Below, piece by piece: positions 59,371 through 64,000 of a stretch of DNA of 64,000 bases. The notes under the pieces were generated by a model, which worked only from the letters and a program-made list of their open reading frames with translations, searched no databases and was not told the origin of the DNA. This DNA comes from Vicinamibacteria bacterium (lineage in GTDB: Bacteria; Acidobacteriota; Vicinamibacteria; Marinacidobacterales; Marinacidobacteraceae): assembly GCA_964291235.2 (NCBI GenBank), contig OZ219815.1, positions 64,001-128,000 of the forward strand. The letters run 5' to 3'. Made by a program: the position numbers and the translations under genes. Position 1 is the stretch's first letter, and every line of letters begins with the position of its first letter.

Positions 59371-60447
59371 CTACCTCCGGTCGAAGCGGACGCAATAGAC
59401 GGGAGCCAGTTCCGCGGTGACCAGTTCCCAGGAATCGCCCAGGTCTTCCGAGATCCAGAGGGCGCCGGTGGTGGTGGCCATCGCGAGCACCGCTCCGGTG
59501 GGATGGACATCGAGGCCGTGGCGATACACCACGGCGAACGAGTCTCCCTCGGGAAGCCCGCGTCCCACCGGCTCCCAGCTCTCCCCGCCGTCCCGCGTCC
59601 GGGAAACCACCATCCGGCAGTCCACCGGCACCCGGCATTCGTCCTTCACCAGGGGAACGCTCCACGCCATCCCGGGATGGTGCGGATGCGCGGCCACCGC
59701 GAACCCGAAGGAGGAAGGGGGAACCTCCAGACTGGTCCAGGTGGCGCCACCGTCGTCGGAGCGGAAGAAGCCGTTGTGATGCTGGCACCAGATGCGTCGC
59801 CGGTCGGCCTCGCACCACGAGAGCCGGTGCGGATCCTGGATGGCTGGATCATCCCGCTGTTCGGGAGGCATGTAGTCCGCGAACATGCCCGCGGTGGACA
59901 CCCGCCAGGACTCCCCGCCGTCCTCGCTGATCCAGACTCCGCCACACGAGACCCCGGCCACGATCCGCCGGCCGTCGGGCTCCACCAGAACCGAATGGAT
60001 CCCGGGGTGCGGATATCCGCCGCCGAACCACCGTTCGCGGCTCGGCTGGTTCCAAAGCGGCTGGTTCAGGGCCCAGGAACGGCCTCCGTCGTCCGAGCGG
60101 AAGAGTCCGCCCGGAATCGTTCCGCACCACAACGAACCAGCGTCCGGGCCGGCGGGTTCGAGGCACCAGAGAAGGTCCACCGAGGGAGCCGCCTCGGAGG
60201 CGGCCGCCGCTTTCGGGAACGCCGGCGCCGCAAGCTCCTCGAAGGTGGCGCCGCCGTCCTCACTACAGCGGAGCTTGACGCCGAAGTGCCCGAGGTTGAG
60301 AGCCGCGTAGAGCTTGCCGTCGCGCGGGTCGGGCAACAACTGGGACACGGGATCCCCGAGGAAGGCGGTGCGCTCGCAGCGCCAGTCACCCCTCCCGAAC
60401 CGGCGAAGGCCGAGGTACCCCTTGCGGGTGGCCAAATGCAGCAGCAT
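59371..60447 (-). CDS. BNR/Asp-box beta-propeller (sialidase-like) protein
   Basis: Repeated S-x-D-G-G-x-[ST]-W boxes; QHHNG, VYRHGL; no signal peptide. Confidence 0.9.
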   Translation of the reverse strand: MLLHLATRKGYLGLRRFGRGDWRCERTAFLGDPVSQLLPDPRDGKLYAALNLGHFGVKLRCSEDGGATFEELAAPAFPKAAAASEAAPSVDLLWCLEPAGPDAGSLWCGTIPGGLFRSDDGGRSWALNQPLWNQPSRERWFGGGYPHPGIHSVLVEPDGRRIVAGVSCGGVWISEDGGESWRVSTAGMFADYMPPEQRDDPAIQDPHRLSWCEADRRRIWCQHHNGFFRSDDGGATWTSLEVPPSSFGFAVAAHPHHPGMAWSVPLVKDECRVPVDCRMVVSRTRDGGESWEPVGRGLPEGDSFAVVYRHGLDVHPTGAVLAMATTTGALWISEDLGDSWELVTAELAPVYCVRFDRR

Positions 60448-60450
60448 TGA

Positions 60451-60720
60451 CTAGCCCCCAGACAACGCCTGCATGACGTGAATCTCGGCGGTCTCGCCGA
60501 CCGGATCGCCGAGTTCGATCCGGTCCTGGAGCGGGCGGCCGTCCACGTAGATCGTCACATGGGTGCGCAGGCGGCCCTGATCGTCAAGCACGTAGGAACG
60601 AAGGCCGGGATTGACGCCGAACACCCGTGAGAGTGCTTCCGAGACGGTCTGTCCCTCAACCTCGACGCTCTCTACGACGAGGTGGCGCCGAAGGTTCGGG
60701 GTGAAGTGAACGGACGGCAC
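60451..60720 (-). CDS. MoaD/ThiS-family ubiquitin-like protein
   Basis: 89 aa beta-grasp, LRSYVLDDQGRLRTHV, C-terminal ALSGG. Confidence 0.92.
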   Translation of the reverse strand: MPSVHFTPNLRRHLVVESVEVEGQTVSEALSRVFGVNPGLRSYVLDDQGRLRTHVTIYVDGRPLQDRIELGDPVGETAEIHVMQALSGG

Positions 60721-60771
60721 GGGGCGACAGCAGACGGCGAGACTGACGAACGGACGGACGGGAGTCGCTAG

Positions 60772-60950
60772 CAGCCTGTGGATAAAGTGACGTGAGCACC
60801 GAGAATGGTGAGGCGCCCGGCTGACAAGGCGCGTGAGGGAGGAATACCGAGTGTATTCCGACCGAAACGCAACGATGAGGGCCGCATGGCGGCCCGTTTC
60901 AGCCGGGATGCATCGCCGTTCGAATGCCGCGTGACTTTGTCCACAGGCTG
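60772..60950. mobile_element. MITE, 179 bp, with about 21-bp terminal inverted repeats and CTAG flanks
   Basis: CAGCCTGTGGATAAAGTGACG ... CGTGACTTTGTCCACAGGCTG; CTAG at 60768-60771 and 60951-60954. Confidence 0.88.
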
Positions 60951-61829
60951 CTAGAACGGCGCCCCTCCGGCGCGGAGCCGTTCGGCGAGCCCGCGGGCCG
61001 CTTCCTGCACCTTGGCCTGGTTGTCGGGCCCGAACCGGAGCAGATGCTTGCTCGCATCGTCAAGCTCCTCGAAGCCCGGGTCGCGGTATTCGTAGCGCAT
61101 GACCTGCTCGTCCACCAACACCGGCAGGTTCGGCGCCGGAACCGCGGCAAGCCGGTCAAGGGCGACGAGCAGCGCGTCGGCGAAGGTGCGGTCGGGACGG
61201 CCGAGCTCGGCGTAGGCGGCGTCGAGGATGGGCATCGCCTCCCGGATCACCCGCGCCATCCCGGGGCTGTCGGCGCCGGCTGCCGCCTCCGCCACCGCGT
61301 CGTAGCGCGCGAAGGCGGCCGGGGCGACGTGGAGTTCCTCGCCCTCACCCTCGGCGCGAAACGGATCCGTCGGCGACAGCCCGGCGAGCGCCCTCCGCGG
61401 AGAGATCCCGTCGGCGACGTTGTCCGTGGCCACGGCGATGCGGCGCGCCAGGTCGTCGCCAAGCAGCCAGGCGAGAATGTCGGGATTCTCGGTGATCGCG
61501 GCGAAGAGGGCCCGCAGGAAAGGATCGCTCGCGTCGAGGGCGGGCAGCTCCGGCTCGGGCTCTTCCTCGACGACGGGTGGGGGAGCCGCCTCCACGACGG
61601 GAGGCGGCGGCTCGGGCGGCTTGCCCGGGCCGAAGGTGAAGTACCAATAGCCGGCTCCGGCAGCGATCAACAGCGCCGCGATGGTCGCCACCATCGTGTT
61701 CCGCCGCTTTCCGCCCGCAGCGGCGTCCGACGGTTCGGCTTCAGATTCGACCGGCTCTCCGTCCCCGGGCTCCTCGGCCCACTCGTCGTCTTCCTCCATT
61801 TCGTCCGTCCGCACTTGGTCGTCAGCCAT
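60951..61829 (-). CDS. DUF3014-like membrane-anchored protein
   Basis: Acidic N-tail, one TM, Pro-rich linker, LPALDASD, AYAELG, YEYRDP, KHLLRFGPDN. Confidence 0.85.
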   Translation of the reverse strand: MADDQVRTDEMEEDDEWAEEPGDGEPVESEAEPSDAAAGGKRRNTMVATIAALLIAAGAGYWYFTFGPGKPPEPPPPVVEAAPPPVVEEEPEPELPALDASDPFLRALFAAITENPDILAWLLGDDLARRIAVATDNVADGISPRRALAGLSPTDPFRAEGEGEELHVAPAAFARYDAVAEAAAGADSPGMARVIREAMPILDAAYAELGRPDRTFADALLVALDRLAAVPAPNLPVLVDEQVMRYEYRDPGFEELDDASKHLLRFGPDNQAKVQEAARGLAERLRAGGAPF

Positions 61830-62003
61830 CGGTCAACCTCCTGGATCAGCGCTGGCACTACAGCGGGCCAACCCGTTCAGGAGGCGGATCATACTGTCCA
61901 ACTATCCCGGCGAAGGGACGCGTACGGGCGCGCCGCAACGCCGGGCAGCCGGCGCGCAGCCCCTCGGCACTATCATGGACCCGGAACCGATCCGGGGATC
62001 AGA

Positions 62004-62066
62004 CAGCCTGTGGACAGAGTCACGCGGCCCAGTTCTCGGTGATCAGGTGACTTTGTCCACAGGCTG
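62004..62066. mobile_element. Short (63 bp) internally deleted copy of the same MITE family
   Basis: CAGCCTGTGGACAGAGTCAC ... GTGACTTTGTCCACAGGCTG with a 23-bp unrelated core. Confidence 0.8.
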
Positions 62067-62104
62067 CTCATGGAGGCGAGACTTCCGAATCAGGGTTCCG
62101 GGCG

Positions 62105-62284
62105 ATGATCCGGTTCCGTAACGTCGCGATCGTCGCGGGGATCGCGGCTGTCCTCTACGCGCTGGCGCCGGCCGCCCGCAAGGCCCGCTTTTTCGACAAG
62201 CTCCGGGAGTTCGGGCGGGCCCTCGTGCTGTCGCTGATCCTCTACTGGGTGCTCATCCTCGGACGCGCCTGGTTCGCGAACTGA
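62105..62284 (+). CDS. Small two-TM membrane protein (59 aa, below ORF-track cutoff)
   Basis: MIRFRNVAIVAGIAAVLYALAPAARKARFFDKLREFGRALVLSLILYWVLILGRAWFAN; strong GC3 bias. Confidence 0.65.
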   Translation: MIRFRNVAIVAGIAAVLYALAPAARKARFFDKLREFGRALVLSLILYWVLILGRAWFAN

Positions 62285-62373
62285 GCGGCGGTGACCGAAC
62301 ACCCCGCGCCGCTTCCCGCCACCGGGGGGCGCCAGGCCACCGGCGGCGCAGATTCGAACGAGAACCACAGACC

Positions 62374-62799
62374 ATGAGCAAGAAAATCCAACGGACCAAC
62401 ACCGAGTGGCGAGGCCGGCTGACCCCGGAACAGTTCGCCGTTACCCGCCGCGGCGCGACCGAACCACCGTTCAGCGGGGTTCACTACCGAAACCACGCTC
62501 CGGGGGAATACCGCTGCGTGTGCTGCGGCGCGCTGCTCTTCGCTTCCGAGGACAAGTACGACTCGGGGTGCGGCTGGCCGAGCTTCACCCGGCCCGCGGA
62601 GGCCGACACGATCGCCACGTCGGTGGATCGCAGCCTCGGGATGGTGCGCACGGAAGCAACCTGCTCGCAGTGCGACGCCCACCTCGGCCACGTGTTTCCC
62701 GACGGGCCGCCCGAAGCAACCGGAGAGCGCTGGTGCATCAATTCCGTCGCGCTCGACTTCCGCCCGGACTCCCGCGATCAGGGTGACGACGATCGCTGA
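62374..62799 (+). CDS. msrB: Peptide-methionine (R)-S-oxide reductase
   Basis: TEPPF, SGCGWPSF, RTE, HLGHVFPDGP, RWCINS. Confidence 0.97.
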   Translation: MSKKIQRTNTEWRGRLTPEQFAVTRRGATEPPFSGVHYRNHAPGEYRCVCCGALLFASEDKYDSGCGWPSFTRPAEADTIATSVDRSLGMVRTEATCSQCDAHLGHVFPDGPPEATGERWCINSVALDFRPDSRDQGDDDR

Positions 62800-63544
62800 T
62801 CCGCTGTTCGCCGCCCTGCTGCTCATTCCGGTGGGTTTCGTTGCGGGAGTGCTCAACGTCGTCGCCGGCGGCGGATCGTTCCTCACGCTGCCGCTGCTCA
62901 TCTTCATGGGGCTCCCTCACAACGTGGCCAACGGAACGAACCGGCTCGCGATCCTGATTCAGACCGCCGCCGCCACCGCCGTCTTTCGCCGCGCCGACGC
63001 GATTCCAGCCTCGGTGATGGTGCGGCTCGGCGCCGCGGCCGTCGTGGGCGCCGCACTCGGCAGCACGCTGGCGGTCCACGTCGGAGAAGCGGCGTTCCTT
63101 CGCTTCCTGTCGATCGTGATGGTGCTGTTCACTCTGTTCCCGCTGCTCCAATGGGGCGCTCCGAACCCGGAGGGAGAGGGTGGGGCGCCCCGCGTCGGGG
63201 CGGGATTGCTGGCCGGATTCGTCGTGGTCGGGTTCTACGGGGGTTTCGTGCAGGCGGGCGTAGGGTTCTTGTCGCTCGGCGCCACGAGCTGGGCCGGATA
63301 CGGGCTGGTCGCCGGGAACGCGATCAAGGTGGCCTGCATCTTCCTGTTTTCCATCGTGTCGCTCTCGGTCTTCGCCCTGAACGGCGTCGTCGATTGGGGT
63401 ACCGGCCTCGCGCTTGGAATCGGCACCTTTGGTGGCGCCCTGGTCGGCGCCCGGCTGACCATCCTGGCGGGCGATCGCATCCTGCGGTTTATCGTCGCCG
63501 CCGCGACCCTGGCCTTTGCCGTCGCCCTGTGGCTGCGGACCTGA
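62783..63544 (+). CDS. Sulfite exporter TauE/SafE family
   Basis: AGGGS, ANGTNR, GFYGGF repeated halves; about 8 TM. Confidence 0.9.
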   Translation: MTTIADPLFAALLLIPVGFVAGVLNVVAGGGSFLTLPLLIFMGLPHNVANGTNRLAILIQTAAATAVFRRADAIPASVMVRLGAAAVVGAALGSTLAVHVGEAAFLRFLSIVMVLFTLFPLLQWGAPNPEGEGGAPRVGAGLLAGFVVVGFYGGFVQAGVGFLSLGATSWAGYGLVAGNAIKVACIFLFSIVSLSVFALNGVVDWGTGLALGIGTFGGALVGARLTILAGDRILRFIVAAATLAFAVALWLRT

Positions 63545-64000
63545 CCCCGGCCGCGCGGCGTCCGCCGCGCGAGCCCTGGGACGTACCGGCGAACGCCGCA
63601 CCGCACCGGCGGCTGCGACTCTCTCCGCCCGGCCCCTTCCGTCTCGAGAGCGGGGCCGTCCTGCCGCGCGTGGAAATCGCCTGCGAGACCTGGGGTGAAC
63701 CCGATCCGGACGGGGGGAACACCGTCTTGATCTGTCCGGCGCTCTCCGCCGATGCGCACGCGGCGGGACGGGGGGGAGGGGTGGAGTCGGCGCTCGACGG
63801 ATTCGGGGCCGAAGGCGCTTCCGGCGGGGATGGGCTCGGGTGGTGGGACCGCATGATCGGCCCGGGCAAGGCGTTCGACACCGACCGGTTCCACGTGGTC
63901 TGCATGAGCCTGCCGGGAGGCTGCGGCGGCACCACCGGCCCGCTGAGCCTGAATCCGGGCACCGGGCGCCCCTACGGACCCGATTTCCCGAGCGTCAGCG
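63529..64000 (+). CDS. metX: Homoserine O-acetyltransferase family (3' end outside window)
   Basis: FRLESG, ETWG, NTVLICPALSADAH, GWWDRMIGPGKAFDTDRF, GTTGP, YGPDFP; start inferred at GTG 63529. Confidence 0.85.
   Translation, partial: MAADLTPAARRPPREPWDVPANAAPHRRLRLSPPGPFRLESGAVLPRVEIACETWGEPDPDGGNTVLICPALSADAHAAGRGGGVESALDGFGAEGASGGDGLGWWDRMIGPGKAFDTDRFHVVCMSLPGGCGGTTGPLSLNPGTGRPYGPDFPSVS

Noticed and set aside
60777-60785. DnaA box as evidence for oriC
   Set aside because: Single perfect box inside a MITE end; no box cluster, AT-rich unwinding region or dnaA/dnaN nearby.

Overview
High-GC (about 70%) bacterial chromosomal segment. Its gene content (Oar-type TonB receptor, multiheme-TPR protein, many Tat/lipoprotein-exported hydrolases, PQQ-like propeller, MoxR-DUF58-vWA operon) suggests Acidobacteriota; this is inference. 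About 54 CDSs, mostly amino-acid/amide/peptide catabolism, plus soxCD, glnS, gltX, ggt, msrB, metX, a PP2C/binding-protein/histidine-kinase cluster and a Phd-VapC locus with a pseudogenised toxin. No rRNA, tRNA, CRISPR array or transposase was seen. The most striking signal is non-coding: three dispersed copies (2200-2450 +, 22838-23092 -, 29684-30013 -) of a 250-330 nt, five-stem element with conserved linkers, covarying and expandable stems and strand-specific G-T/U pairs, each between convergent genes. Other points: an ArsC-like UxxC selenoprotein missed by the ORF track (in-frame TGA plus downstream hairpin), a CTAG-flanked MITE with a short sister copy, a REP-like palindrome family, a circularly permuted Tat-exported D-amino-acid oxidase near a lipoprotein RidA, and an uncharacterised membrane-protein/vWA-like lipoprotein pair.
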